Shown here in pieces: positions 9,131 to 19,074 of a DNA stretch of 64,000 bases (the stretch's first letter is position 1; every line of letters begins with the position of its first letter). Position numbers and translations under genes: made by a program. The notes under the pieces were generated by a model. That model made no database searches and was not told where the DNA came from. It saw only the letters and a list, made by a program, of their open reading frames with translations. The stretch is from a virus. The stretch spans positions 1-64,000 of IMG/VR virus record IMGVR_UViG_3300032323_003835; one strand, 5' to 3'.

Positions 9131-10576
9131 ATGTCAAAAGAACTAATAGAATGGAGGGAAAAAAACCTCAATAAGATAAGCAAGAGTTTTTGTGCTGCTA
9201 AGTGGTATAATGCTAGTATACATCTTGGTCATGGATACACAGGATCGTGTCATCTACCTCTTCCACATCCTATAGATCTTGAGGAAATAAAAACCAATCC
9301 GTCTGCAATCCACAATACGAAGCATAAAAAGCAGATGAGAAAAATGATGCTAAGCGGTATTAGACCAGCTGAATGTTCATATTGCTGGAAAATAGAAGAC
9401 ATAGGTAGAAATAATGTTTCTGATAGGGTTTATAAGAGCATCATTTATGACGAGGACGATATTGCTAAGATAGAAGAAATGGATTACAGAGATAATGTTC
9501 TCCTTAAAACTCTAGAGATAAGCTTTGATCGAACTTGCAATTTTGCTTGTAGCTATTGTAACGCTGGATACAGTACCACATGGGGCAAGGAAATCCAAAA
9601 GTTCGGACCTTACCAAAAAATGAAAACAGACTCTGCTGGTGCTTACAGAAGCGATGGATCATGGTCTGAGGTATTTGGAAAACATAACGAAAGAAATCCA
9701 TTCGTCCAGGCATTTTTTGAATGGTGGCCGGAATTATCAGAGACTCTGGAAGAGATTAGAATTACCGGGGGAGAACCCTCATTAAGTCATAATTTTTGGG
9801 ATTTTATAGAAGTTCTTAAATCTAATCCAGCACCAAATCTAAGACTTGCTGTTAATTCAAATCTTGGGATGTCTGAACAAACCTTAGAAAAGATGGTGGA
9901 CATGTCGCATAATATGAGAATTAAGGAAATGGACATCTACACTAGCAATGAATCATACGGAAAACATGCGGAGTATATTAGGGATGGTCTAGTTTATGAT
10001 AAGTGGAGAAGTAATTTAGTTAGTCTAATAGAAAGATCCAAATTAAGATCACTAACAATAATGATGACAATTAATAGCTTATGTCTATTTAGCATCACAG
10101 ATTTTCTAGATGATATGATTGTATTGAAAAAGAGATATGGTGCGAATAAGCCAAACGTGGATCTTAATATCCTGAGATGGCCAGCATTCATGTCTCCTGT
10201 AGCACTACCTGATGAAATCAAATTGGAATTACATTCGAGATTAACAAAATGGTTCAACGAAAAAATGACACCCAATCTATTCAGCGTTGGTGAATTTGCA
10301 CAATTTCAAAGACTACTAGATTATATCCAGGTGGTAGAAAAAGGACACACTACAACAGAAGATGATAAATCAATACTGCACCACGATTTTAAAAGTTTCT
10401 ATGTACAGTATGATAGCAGAAGGGGTAAAAACTTTAAAGAAACATTCCCAGAATTAGCGGAATGGTACGAATCTATAAAGGTAGATCAGTCTATTCCAGT
10501 TGTTAATTTAAACGACGGAAGGATAACCCACTTCGAAACCGGAACTTATCCATATCCGCCTTCCAAAATTATATAA
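9131..10576 (+). CDS. radical SAM enzyme (paralog of 7170..8555)
   Basis: CNFACSYC, ITGGEP, CAAKW, ECSYCW; many shared blocks (NPSAxHNT, EWWP). Confidence 0.9.
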   Translation: MSKELIEWREKNLNKISKSFCAAKWYNASIHLGHGYTGSCHLPLPHPIDLEEIKTNPSAIHNTKHKKQMRKMMLSGIRPAECSYCWKIEDIGRNNVSDRVYKSIIYDEDDIAKIEEMDYRDNVLLKTLEISFDRTCNFACSYCNAGYSTTWGKEIQKFGPYQKMKTDSAGAYRSDGSWSEVFGKHNERNPFVQAFFEWWPELSETLEEIRITGGEPSLSHNFWDFIEVLKSNPAPNLRLAVNSNLGMSEQTLEKMVDMSHNMRIKEMDIYTSNESYGKHAEYIRDGLVYDKWRSNLVSLIERSKLRSLTIMMTINSLCLFSITDFLDDMIVLKKRYGANKPNVDLNILRWPAFMSPVALPDEIKLELHSRLTKWFNEKMTPNLFSVGEFAQFQRLLDYIQVVEKGHTTTEDDKSILHHDFKSFYVQYDSRRGKNFKETFPELAEWYESIKVDQSIPVVNLNDGRITHFETGTYPYPPSKII

Positions 10577-11474
10577 GAGATTTTACCTTTTTTGGTTGTA
10601 CTTCTATATTATTCTCGGATTCTAATTCTTTTGTATAAACAGGAGAATTAGAATCTTTTTCGTTTTGAATGTCCTTTTCTATAGAATCAATTACTGCTTT
10701 CGCCATAATTTCGTGACACTCTTTAGATGGGTGATGATCTTTTGGCGGATTTTCAAAATTATCATAATCTGAATTGATCGTTAAATGTCTATGTTTATCC
10801 ATTAGTTGTCTTATGGATGGAAAAATCCCATCTCTGTATTTAAGCGGGATAAATCTATTGTACATGAATATGTCATTAGATATTAGATCTAGATAATCAT
10901 CCTCCCAACAAAGAATTTTAGTTTTAATGTTATTTTCCTCAAGAAAAAGCATTATATCCTTTACGTTATTGAAGCAGTACTCTAGATGTTCATTTCTCCA
11001 CTGTTCTATAGATATGTTCCTTTCTTCGATGAGCCATTCATAAAAATCGGATTTGCTTTCCTGATCAAATATTAGAAATTTACAATCCTTTCCCTTAAAA
11101 TTATAATGGAAAGAATTTCTATTTGGTTGTGAGGTCTGTATAATAACATATTCTATTTCACTAAAATCAAATTTCTCGTCTATCAAATGCCCGTACCCAT
11201 TTAACAGTCCTAACGCTGACTTGATATAATTAATAGATGTTTCCTCGGATCCACCATTTTGTTTGGATGTTACCTCCCATGTATTGAAATGGTTTGCAAC
11301 CAATCTAGGATATCTTAGTGTTGACATGTACCTAACGTGTGCATCGGTTACTAGTCTTGAATCGTATGCATCAGGTGCAGGGTATTTTATAGTTTCTAGC
11401 CCAGAGTAATAATAGAGACCCTGTCCCCAGGTAAATGAGCATCCAGCAAAAATTAATCCTTTCATATTATTCAA
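10569..11474 (-). CDS. SGNH/GDSL-like hydrolase or acyltransferase
   Basis: GCSFTWG at N-terminus, DHHPS (DxxH) at C-terminus; ends KKVKSLI. Confidence 0.65.
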   Translation of the reverse strand: MNNMKGLIFAGCSFTWGQGLYYYSGLETIKYPAPDAYDSRLVTDAHVRYMSTLRYPRLVANHFNTWEVTSKQNGGSEETSINYIKSALGLLNGYGHLIDEKFDFSEIEYVIIQTSQPNRNSFHYNFKGKDCKFLIFDQESKSDFYEWLIEERNISIEQWRNEHLEYCFNNVKDIMLFLEENNIKTKILCWEDDYLDLISNDIFMYNRFIPLKYRDGIFPSIRQLMDKHRHLTINSDYDNFENPPKDHHPSKECHEIMAKAVIDSIEKDIQNEKDSNSPVYTKELESENNIEVQPKKVKSLI

Positions 11475-12441
11475 ATTCTTTTTTATTTTCTAGATACCAG
11501 CGATATGCATTAAAAAGACCTTCTTCTAGCGTAGTCTTTGCTTCCCATCCTAATTCACTTTTAATTTTATTAGAATCTATTTTTCTTGTAGGAATCATTG
11601 ACGGTTTTCCACTGATGAATTCCGTTGGTGCATTATGATCAGCTATTTTTTTCATTTTTTCTAGAACCTCTAAAACTGAATATACAGTATTAGATCCAAC
11701 GTTATATATGTTAAACATTTCTTTCTCTTTTTCCATCACTGTCTGTAGAGCCTCTACAAAATCTTCTATATAAAGAAGGTCCCTAAGCTCTGATCCATCT
11801 CCCCAAACAGGTATTGGATCCATTCGATCTGCTACTTTTCGTATAGTTGCTGGGGTAACGTGACATTTGTTGAAATCGTATTTGTCATGAGGTCCAAATA
11901 AATTTGCTGGTCTTATTACAGTGCATTTCATTTTAGTTGGAAGATACTTAGCATAGAGTTCACATTGAACCTCTGCATATCTTTTCATCCAACCTACAGG
12001 AAAATAAACGGGGTATGGTTCATCAAACAGGAAATCTGTCTCAACAACCGGTGTATCTCCCTTTGGTGGATAAACAGTATTCGAAGAAATGAAGATATAA
12101 TGCTGAACTTTATTTCTCCATGCTGCATCTATCAGGAAATTATTCATAGCTACATTCGGGGTAACGTGTGCTAGTGGATCAACAACAGTATCAACCGCAT
12201 TTGAAGTTGAAGCTGCTGCGTGTATCACAACATCAACATCTATCGTTGCAGTCACACATTCATCATGTTTTTGTAAATTGTAATAGGTGTAATCAACACT
12301 ATCATGAACTTGTCTAACACCTCTTCTATGAAGATTTACCCTTAAATCTGTGTATCCTTCTTTAACTAGTCTATTAGTTAAATTCTGTCCAACCAATCCG
12401 GATCCACCGGTGATTAAAATCCTTGAATCTTTGTTTATCAT
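11467..12441 (-). CDS. NAD-dependent epimerase/reductase (GDP-L-fucose synthase-like)
   Basis: TGGSGLVG, RPANLFGP, WGDGSELRD. Confidence 0.88.
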   Translation of the reverse strand: MINKDSRILITGGSGLVGQNLTNRLVKEGYTDLRVNLHRRGVRQVHDSVDYTYYNLQKHDECVTATIDVDVVIHAAASTSNAVDTVVDPLAHVTPNVAMNNFLIDAAWRNKVQHYIFISSNTVYPPKGDTPVVETDFLFDEPYPVYFPVGWMKRYAEVQCELYAKYLPTKMKCTVIRPANLFGPHDKYDFNKCHVTPATIRKVADRMDPIPVWGDGSELRDLLYIEDFVEALQTVMEKEKEMFNIYNVGSNTVYSVLEVLEKMKKIADHNAPTEFISGKPSMIPTRKIDSNKIKSELGWEAKTTLEEGLFNAYRWYLENKKEFE

Positions 12442-14022
12442 TTATATTATTTGTTTATTTTCTGATTTAGTTTTGTCTGGAAAAATTGATTCTAAAATTT
12501 CTTCTTTAAGTGTTATAAAATTTATGTACGTGTATCTTTTAAATCTGTTACCAACCATCTTTACCTCGTGTTTTATGTCGTTCTTTGCAAAATCCATAAC
12601 ACAAAAATTATCGAAAAATGGATCTATTGTAAATTCCTTCCCAGTACTGGTGACTATTTTCAATTCTCCTCCTCCATTATTATGGGTATTACGGTCGGAA
12701 AGATATAGTATGATTACACAAAGTCTACCGTTATTAGCACCATCGTTATGTATATCTATAAAGTGACCGTCCTCAAAAAGTGCCATCGCACCACTTTTAT
12801 TTGCTTCGTCCAAAATTGTAGCAGCTTGAGGATAAAGATCTTTTAATATTTTTAAAGCTATATTTTCAAAATAGGATTCTTTAGGATATTTAAATTCCAA
12901 CCATTTTTGCCACTCATAGAATTTGTTTTTTGAAAGTCTATTTTCAACATCTTCGGATGCATATTTTTTAACATCATCTATTACGTTTTTAAATTCTTCC
13001 AGTTCATCCTCCTCTAAGAAATCTGAGATTTTTCCAATATATGCTCCCTCAGTAAGTAAATCTTCTTTAGGTATTATATGTGTCTGTGTATTAAAAAGAC
13101 CAGAGTAATAATTATAAACATTACGTATGGCATCTGAAAAATTTGTTTCTGGTAATATTCCGAAAATACTCTGTTTGGTAGTATCCATAAGTCTTCTAAG
13201 ATCCCCATTAGGTTTAGACGAATCCCATTTTACCAAAACGTTCTTCCCACTCACTTTTATTATCTCATCGATTACCTCTTTTATGGATAATTCCACTCCG
13301 GATCCACAGTTAACTATATCGTTTACTCTCCCCTCATAGAGTTTTATTAAAGATAGTGCCACATCCTTACCGTAGACAAAATCTCTAATCGGTGTTCCGT
13401 CTCCCCAGGCTTCTATTTCACCAGACGACTCGTACACCTTTTTTACCATGGTCGATATTAGGGTTCCGCTTCCACTAAAGTCGTCATATTCCCCAAATAT
13501 ATTTGCTGGTCTTACTATTGTCCATTTGTTATAACCATGCTGTACTCGATAAGACTCCAATAAGAGTTCCCCCATCCGTTTTGACCATGAAGGAAACCAA
13601 TCTGATTCCGAAGGTAGTGTTTTCCAAACATCATCTTCCGAGAATTTTTCTGATGGACTATAAACCCCAACAGAACTGACAAAAACCAACCACGCATCAT
13701 TCAGGTAGCATTGATTTATTATTTCTGTGTTTATTTTAAATGATGGATACAGAAAATCTACCGGATTATTTTTTGCTTTTATCGGGGATCCTTTGATCCC
13801 GAAACAATTAAATACTACATCATATTTTTCATCTCTGAATAGATCGACTATATTTTGTTCTACGAGTAGATCCATTTTTTTAAATCGATAATTAAAATTA
13901 GTAGCGATTCTTTTTGATGAATTTCTGTCTACACCCGTTACTTTCCATCCCTTATCTAAACACAGATCCCTTAGATAACTTCCCACTAATCCATTGCACC
14001 CTGTAATTAATACTGTTTTCAT
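12442..14022 (-). CDS. NAD-dependent epimerase fused to C-terminal 2OG-Fe(II) oxygenase
   Basis: TGCNGLVG, RPANIFG, WGDGTPIRDF; then HND...GGGEL...HEV...R. Confidence 0.8.
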   Translation of the reverse strand: MKTVLITGCNGLVGSYLRDLCLDKGWKVTGVDRNSSKRIATNFNYRFKKMDLLVEQNIVDLFRDEKYDVVFNCFGIKGSPIKAKNNPVDFLYPSFKINTEIINQCYLNDAWLVFVSSVGVYSPSEKFSEDDVWKTLPSESDWFPSWSKRMGELLLESYRVQHGYNKWTIVRPANIFGEYDDFSGSGTLISTMVKKVYESSGEIEAWGDGTPIRDFVYGKDVALSLIKLYEGRVNDIVNCGSGVELSIKEVIDEIIKVSGKNVLVKWDSSKPNGDLRRLMDTTKQSIFGILPETNFSDAIRNVYNYYSGLFNTQTHIIPKEDLLTEGAYIGKISDFLEEDELEEFKNVIDDVKKYASEDVENRLSKNKFYEWQKWLEFKYPKESYFENIALKILKDLYPQAATILDEANKSGAMALFEDGHFIDIHNDGANNGRLCVIILYLSDRNTHNNGGGELKIVTSTGKEFTIDPFFDNFCVMDFAKNDIKHEVKMVGNRFKRYTYINFITLKEEILESIFPDKTKSENKQII

Positions 14023-16514
14023 ATTATACCCGATATTCTTTTTAAGAAGTCCGAATCTGTTTGATCCTTAACCTTTCCCTCTATTTTTCTAAGATTTTCT
14101 TCGAATCTTCTTTTATTTTTTCTATAAAAATCTTTAAAGAATTCTTTATTATCATTTATTCTTTTTATCTCTTTAACAAATTTAAATAGTCTGTCTCTGT
14201 GATTTTCCTCGCTATCATAATCATGGTTGATTACATCGTCAAAAAAATCAAAATCATATTTCTTTTTGATCTCCCTAATATGATGTGCAGATGCTAATAT
14301 CAAAGGAAACTGCATTGCACAAAATGCCTTGAATGATTTTTCCGATATGTGTGTCAAATCCGAGGAGAATTCAGTTTCGGTTGTAATATTAAAATATGAA
14401 TTCTCTAGTTGGTTTTTATCGTAGGTATCGTTCCAAGGAACATTGTTTTCATTTTCTCTGTCGTCAAACCACGTTCTTTCTTCTTCGTATCTACTTTTCT
14501 TTTGTTCTATGTTGGAAAAATATTGTATTTCTTCCTTCATATTTACAACGTCTTCTTCGTTAAATATTTCACCAAAGAAGGCTTCCGGATTTTTATTTCC
14601 CTTGAACTGAAATCCCTGAACTAGAGACCAATCAACATCTTCCAATATTCCACTTTTTTTAAGTAAACATAATAACCCATACCTGTGGGGTCTAGGTCTT
14701 CTATTATGACACATAAAGAATTCTCCTTTTTTGTCGGGTTTAAATTCAACCCTACCAATAGAATGAATTACAGAATTAGCAGTAAAATTAGCCAATCTAA
14801 CCGTTGAATGAACATTTATACCAGTTCCTATTTCATCCTTGAATTCTTGGAGTCTTGGATTATTATTAGAAACCCATAATTGTTTTTGGTCTATACCAAT
14901 TTCTTTGGACCATTTATCAAGAAGAACTAAAGTTTCTTTTCTCTCTGCCTCCTGCTCATTCATTATTATCACATTGAAATTTGGATTTTTCTTTAGTGCA
15001 TCGATGGCATCTTTAATTATAGGTAATTTCCCTTCTTTTAAATTCTCCGCTAAAATTCCAGGTATTAGAGTTACAAAATAAAAAAGCTTTTTGTCTTCCA
15101 GTTTAGAAACATCCTCTAATTTATACCTTCTGATTAGTCTTCTGTCGAACTGGAGAGATCCAACTACGCTATCTACATTCATATGAAAAGTGTTGGGATA
15201 TAAATCCTCGGAGTTCCCCCTTGTAGGTCTATCAGAAGCTATGTCCCAATTGTCATAAACTAGATTTAAAGTTTGTTTAGGCTGGTTGAATTTTGGTAAC
15301 TCTTTAAGATATTTAGCGTCATATTCATTGGTAAAAGAGTATACCATTTCTTGATTCTTTAAAAACCTTTCCCTATTATTTTTATAAAAATCGATAAAAA
15401 ATTCTTTGTTGCTTTGTATTCTTTTTAATTCCTCTATGAATTTGAAAATCCTATCACGGTCGCTTTTAACATTGTCATAATCGTGATTAATTACATCATC
15501 AAAAAAATCATATCCATAAAATTCTCTCATGTGCTTAATGTGATGTCTAGAAGCTAGAATCATAGGGAATTGTAGATGTAAAAATGGCTTAAAGGATTTT
15601 TCAGTTATATGGATATCTCTTCCAAAATATTGGGTTTCTACCGTTACATTAAAATACGTGTTTTGATATTGTTCAGAATTAAAAGTCTCCCACCAAGAAG
15701 GACTGTTTAATGTCATTTCATCAAGCCAAGGGAAGTGGGATTCATAATTACTTTTTTTAATACCGTATGAATTAAAATACTCAATCTCTGGCATTAATAA
15801 TTTCATGTCATAATCATTGAATATTCTGCGGTAAATTGTATTCCAGTCCTGTGTCGGCAATCTCCAGAGCTTTAAATATGACCAGTCGAAATCCTGTATT
15901 AGATTATATTTTTTAATAAGGCAAACAAAAGCTGATCTACTTTCGCGGAGAGAATGATTATGGGACATAAAAAAACATCCCTTTTTATCTTCAACAAAAA
16001 TACTCTTTGGAGTTTTTGCAAGAGCTAGTGGCATTACTCTCGAACTGTGAATATTAACATTGCTTCCTACCTCTCTTTTATATTCTAGGTTCCTTGAATT
16101 ATTGTTAATAAGGAATACTTTTTTTGGGTCTATATTATTTCTCCTAAGAACTGGATCTAATTTACTTATAGTTTCTTTGGGCTCAATTTCCTGATCATTT
16201 ATTAGGAGAAGAAATAAGTTATTTTTTCTCTGAAAATGTCCTATCATATCATCTCCTATAGGGAGCTTATCGAAATGGAAAAATCTGTTATACAAAGAGT
16301 GCCTGTGCCAAACGATATAAAAAAAGTTTTCCTCTGGGTATTTGTCAACGTCTTCCATTCTTCGATTGACGTAATTGTTATATCTAAGAGTTCCCATTGG
16401 ACCATCACCTGTCATCCATGCATTATCTTCTGGAAAATATTTACTTCCGTTGGGATTAGGATGCTCTTGGCCCAGAGGCCAATCATCGTAAACTAAATTT
16501 ATAGTATCACTCAT
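14019..16514 (-). CDS. tandem-duplicated glycosyltransferase-like protein (two ~410 aa repeats)
   Basis: Halves begin NLVYDDW/NLVYDNW; both contain YFNxTxET..HIxEKSFK, QFPxILAS, DFFDDVINHDYD. Confidence 0.6.
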   Translation of the reverse strand: MSDTINLVYDDWPLGQEHPNPNGSKYFPEDNAWMTGDGPMGTLRYNNYVNRRMEDVDKYPEENFFYIVWHRHSLYNRFFHFDKLPIGDDMIGHFQRKNNLFLLLINDQEIEPKETISKLDPVLRRNNIDPKKVFLINNNSRNLEYKREVGSNVNIHSSRVMPLALAKTPKSIFVEDKKGCFFMSHNHSLRESRSAFVCLIKKYNLIQDFDWSYLKLWRLPTQDWNTIYRRIFNDYDMKLLMPEIEYFNSYGIKKSNYESHFPWLDEMTLNSPSWWETFNSEQYQNTYFNVTVETQYFGRDIHITEKSFKPFLHLQFPMILASRHHIKHMREFYGYDFFDDVINHDYDNVKSDRDRIFKFIEELKRIQSNKEFFIDFYKNNRERFLKNQEMVYSFTNEYDAKYLKELPKFNQPKQTLNLVYDNWDIASDRPTRGNSEDLYPNTFHMNVDSVVGSLQFDRRLIRRYKLEDVSKLEDKKLFYFVTLIPGILAENLKEGKLPIIKDAIDALKKNPNFNVIIMNEQEAERKETLVLLDKWSKEIGIDQKQLWVSNNNPRLQEFKDEIGTGINVHSTVRLANFTANSVIHSIGRVEFKPDKKGEFFMCHNRRPRPHRYGLLCLLKKSGILEDVDWSLVQGFQFKGNKNPEAFFGEIFNEEDVVNMKEEIQYFSNIEQKKSRYEEERTWFDDRENENNVPWNDTYDKNQLENSYFNITTETEFSSDLTHISEKSFKAFCAMQFPLILASAHHIREIKKKYDFDFFDDVINHDYDSEENHRDRLFKFVKEIKRINDNKEFFKDFYRKNKRRFEENLRKIEGKVKDQTDSDFLKRISGII

Positions 16515-16542
16515 ATTTTATATATCAGCTAATAATAGTCCC

Positions 16543-17769
16543 CTATATGAGGGATTTTGTATTGGAAATTTCGGGCGATATTGGGAGTTCTTCCTTTCTG
16601 ACGAAAAGATCCTTCATATGATCAACAGAGCATGTATTGAAACAATAACCCATTTTATTCTCATCTTTTTTAGCACCCTCCCATCTGTTTGCAAAAACCT
16701 CGTCCAGATATTTACTGTCGATGATTTCCTTCAGACTATGATTGTTTAAATTGATCTTATTCATTCCCCAATCCCACAAATGTTTTTTTATTTGTAATGC
16801 TTCTTGGTGTTGAAAATTGCTATTATACATCGTACCTACGAAACAACATGGCATAACGTTACCTTTACAGTCTACATAAATTTCTTTCCCTATAGGATGA
16901 CATGACTTGCAGCTGACGGATTTCCCTTTAAATCTTTCGGGGAACTCGTATTTCGGCAATTCGTTTCCTATTAGGTTTGACCACCTTTCTTTTATCTCTT
17001 CCTCGGTTTTTTTACCTTTACCTGGCACCCATATTTTCTCCTCTCCCCGCTCAAGCTTGTTGATCGATCTATTTAATCTCCACTCTTCATTAGCAGGTTC
17101 TATCCGGTATAGAAAATTACCTTCGATGTCATAAACCATTAGGTCCTGATATTCGTCGGGATTTTCGGTTTCAAAGCCGAATGGTCTTTTCGGAGAAAAT
17201 GCTAGTCCCATTGTTTTGCAAAGGGATTCAGCTTCCTCCAATTGATGCTGGTTGTGTTTAAATATTAAGAAGTCCCATATTCCAGTAGCACCGGATTTAG
17301 CATAGGCCCTCATATTTTCCATGACCCTCTCCCATTTAACGTTTCTCCTGTATAGGTGATTTGTGTCCTCTAGTCCATCAACAGAAAAAACCACATATCT
17401 GCTGTTCACACATGGTTCTGCAAATAGGGATCCCATTTTTTCCCAGAATTCCCCGTCCCTAATAGACCCGTTGGTATTGACCTGGACCTTAGCCTCAGAA
17501 TTACGTAAGACATATTCTAGAATCTCGTAAACGTCCCTAGCCATCATTGGATCCCCGTTGGTCCCACAAAATATCCATCCCTTACTTCTTTTAACAAACT
17601 CTAGAGGAAACCACTTTTTAAAATTTTCAAGAGAAACACTTCCCAATTCAAGTTCCGGGTTAACCCTTAATGAATTGTTCACGTATCTGGGACAAAGCGG
17701 GCATGCTGCGTTACAAAGGTTGGAAAGTTCTACATGAACTAACACAGTATTATCATAGTTCCAAACCAT
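16543..17769 (-). CDS. radical SAM enzyme with SPASM/twitch domain
   Basis: CNAACPLC, NTNG, SVDG, GNVMPCC, C-terminal CFNTC; ends NTKSLI. Confidence 0.88.
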   Translation of the reverse strand: MVWNYDNTVLVHVELSNLCNAACPLCPRYVNNSLRVNPELELGSVSLENFKKWFPLEFVKRSKGWIFCGTNGDPMMARDVYEILEYVLRNSEAKVQVNTNGSIRDGEFWEKMGSLFAEPCVNSRYVVFSVDGLEDTNHLYRRNVKWERVMENMRAYAKSGATGIWDFLIFKHNQHQLEEAESLCKTMGLAFSPKRPFGFETENPDEYQDLMVYDIEGNFLYRIEPANEEWRLNRSINKLERGEEKIWVPGKGKKTEEEIKERWSNLIGNELPKYEFPERFKGKSVSCKSCHPIGKEIYVDCKGNVMPCCFVGTMYNSNFQHQEALQIKKHLWDWGMNKINLNNHSLKEIIDSKYLDEVFANRWEGAKKDENKMGYCFNTCSVDHMKDLFVRKEELPISPEISNTKSLI

Positions 17770-17874
17770 ATTTACCTTTTACAATTTTAGACATTTCCGC
17801 GGTTAAAATTTCGATATGTCTACTAAATAGCAGAGAAACTTAAGGGATAAATAAAGATATAATATAAAAACAAG

Positions 17875-17997
17875 ATGTACTTAAAAAATCTAATAGACTC
17901 CATTAAAAAATTCTTCGAAAAAAGAAGAAAAAAGAAAGAATTCGAGAGAAAAATAGAGGAACTGAAAAAGAGAGACCCGTTCACTTATAACCATTAA
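17875..17997 (+). CDS. small basic protein (40 aa, ...KIEELKKRDPFTYNH)
   Basis: Read manually; sits downstream of a promoter-like region and directly before cysC. Confidence 0.7.
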   Translation: MYLKNLIDSIKKFFEKRRKKKEFERKIEELKKRDPFTYNH

Positions 17998-18006
17998 TTT
18001 AAGTAT

Positions 18007-18435
18007 ATGATCTATTTATTTATAGGACAACCTGGTGCTGGTAAAACCGAAATGGCAGGAAGATTGGTAGAAAAATTAGGAGAAAGTACTATATGGATAG
18101 ACGGAGACGATTTAAGAGAGATCTTCCCTAATACGGATTATTCCTATTCCGGGAGAATCAGAAACATTGAAAAATCGTTCACTATAGCTCGCTTTATGAG
18201 TAAAAAAGGATATAACGTAGTGATAAGTATGGTTTGTCCTTATCGTGCAATTAGGGAGGATTTAAAAGCAAATAACGAGGTGGTAGAAATACTATTTGAT
18301 CGTCCGCATTTTGCAGGAAAAGACAAGCTACATGTTCAATCATTCGAAAGGCCTAACGAGAACTATCGCGTCTTTATTAACGGGGATGAAGTGGAAAAAT
18401 CCTTCGGGGAACTTCTGTCCATAATTGGACTATAA
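18007..18435 (+). CDS. cysC: adenylyl-sulfate (APS) kinase
   Basis: GQPGAGKT P-loop, IDGDDLR, DYSYSGRIRN, VCPY..R, FERP. Confidence 0.85.
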   Translation: MIYLFIGQPGAGKTEMAGRLVEKLGESTIWIDGDDLREIFPNTDYSYSGRIRNIEKSFTIARFMSKKGYNVVISMVCPYRAIREDLKANNEVVEILFDRPHFAGKDKLHVQSFERPNENYRVFINGDEVEKSFGELLSIIGL

Positions 18436-18440
18436 TTTCT

Positions 18441-18818
18441 ATGAAAAAATATGCATTATACATCGGTAGATGGCAAAATTGGCACAAAGGCCACCAATGG
18501 TTAATAGACCAACAATTCGATCAGGGTAAAAATGTTTGGGTAGCAATTAGGGATGTTCCCAAGGATGAGAATAATCCAAAGTCTGCCCAAGAGGTTTTTG
18601 AAGAATTAAAAATAGCATTAAGCGATTATCTTCAAACTGGCAGATTGCTAATTTCTGTGATCCCAGACATAGAAAGCGTTAATTATGGTAGGGGAGTAGG
18701 ATATGATGTGATCTACCACGAACCCCCTGTAGATGTTGCAATAATCAGCGGAACTGCTATCAGAAATGGACACATGCTAGCTGATGGATCTATATTTCAT
18801 GAAGAAAGTAAAGACTAG
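18441..18818 (+). CDS. HxGH nucleotidyltransferase (minimal ATP-sulfurylase/cytidylyltransferase-like)
   Basis: GRWQNWHKGH, YGRGVGY, ISGTAIR. Confidence 0.75.
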   Translation: MKKYALYIGRWQNWHKGHQWLIDQQFDQGKNVWVAIRDVPKDENNPKSAQEVFEELKIALSDYLQTGRLLISVIPDIESVNYGRGVGYDVIYHEPPVDVAIISGTAIRNGHMLADGSIFHEESKD

Positions 18819-18836
18819 ACATAAAATCACAATAAA

Positions 18837-19055
18837 ATGGCTGTAGAAAGAAAAAGACACATAGCTAAAACTATATCATACAGAATTGTTAGTACACTAA
18901 TTGGATTTTTATTAATGTGGCTAATAAGTGGCTCTGTGAAAGTGGGTGCAGCATTTGGTGTTGCAGAATTGGTTTATAAACCAATCCAATACTATATCCA
19001 TGAGAGAATTTGGTACAGATATATAAAATACGGATTGAAAAATAGGGATTTATAA
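18837..19055 (+). CDS. DUF2061-like small membrane protein
   Basis: RHIAKTISYR...YYIHERIW. Confidence 0.8.
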   Translation: MAVERKRHIAKTISYRIVSTLIGFLLMWLISGSVKVGAAFGVAELVYKPIQYYIHERIWYRYIKYGLKNRDL

Positions 19056-19074
19056 ATAAATATACAAAAAGAGC

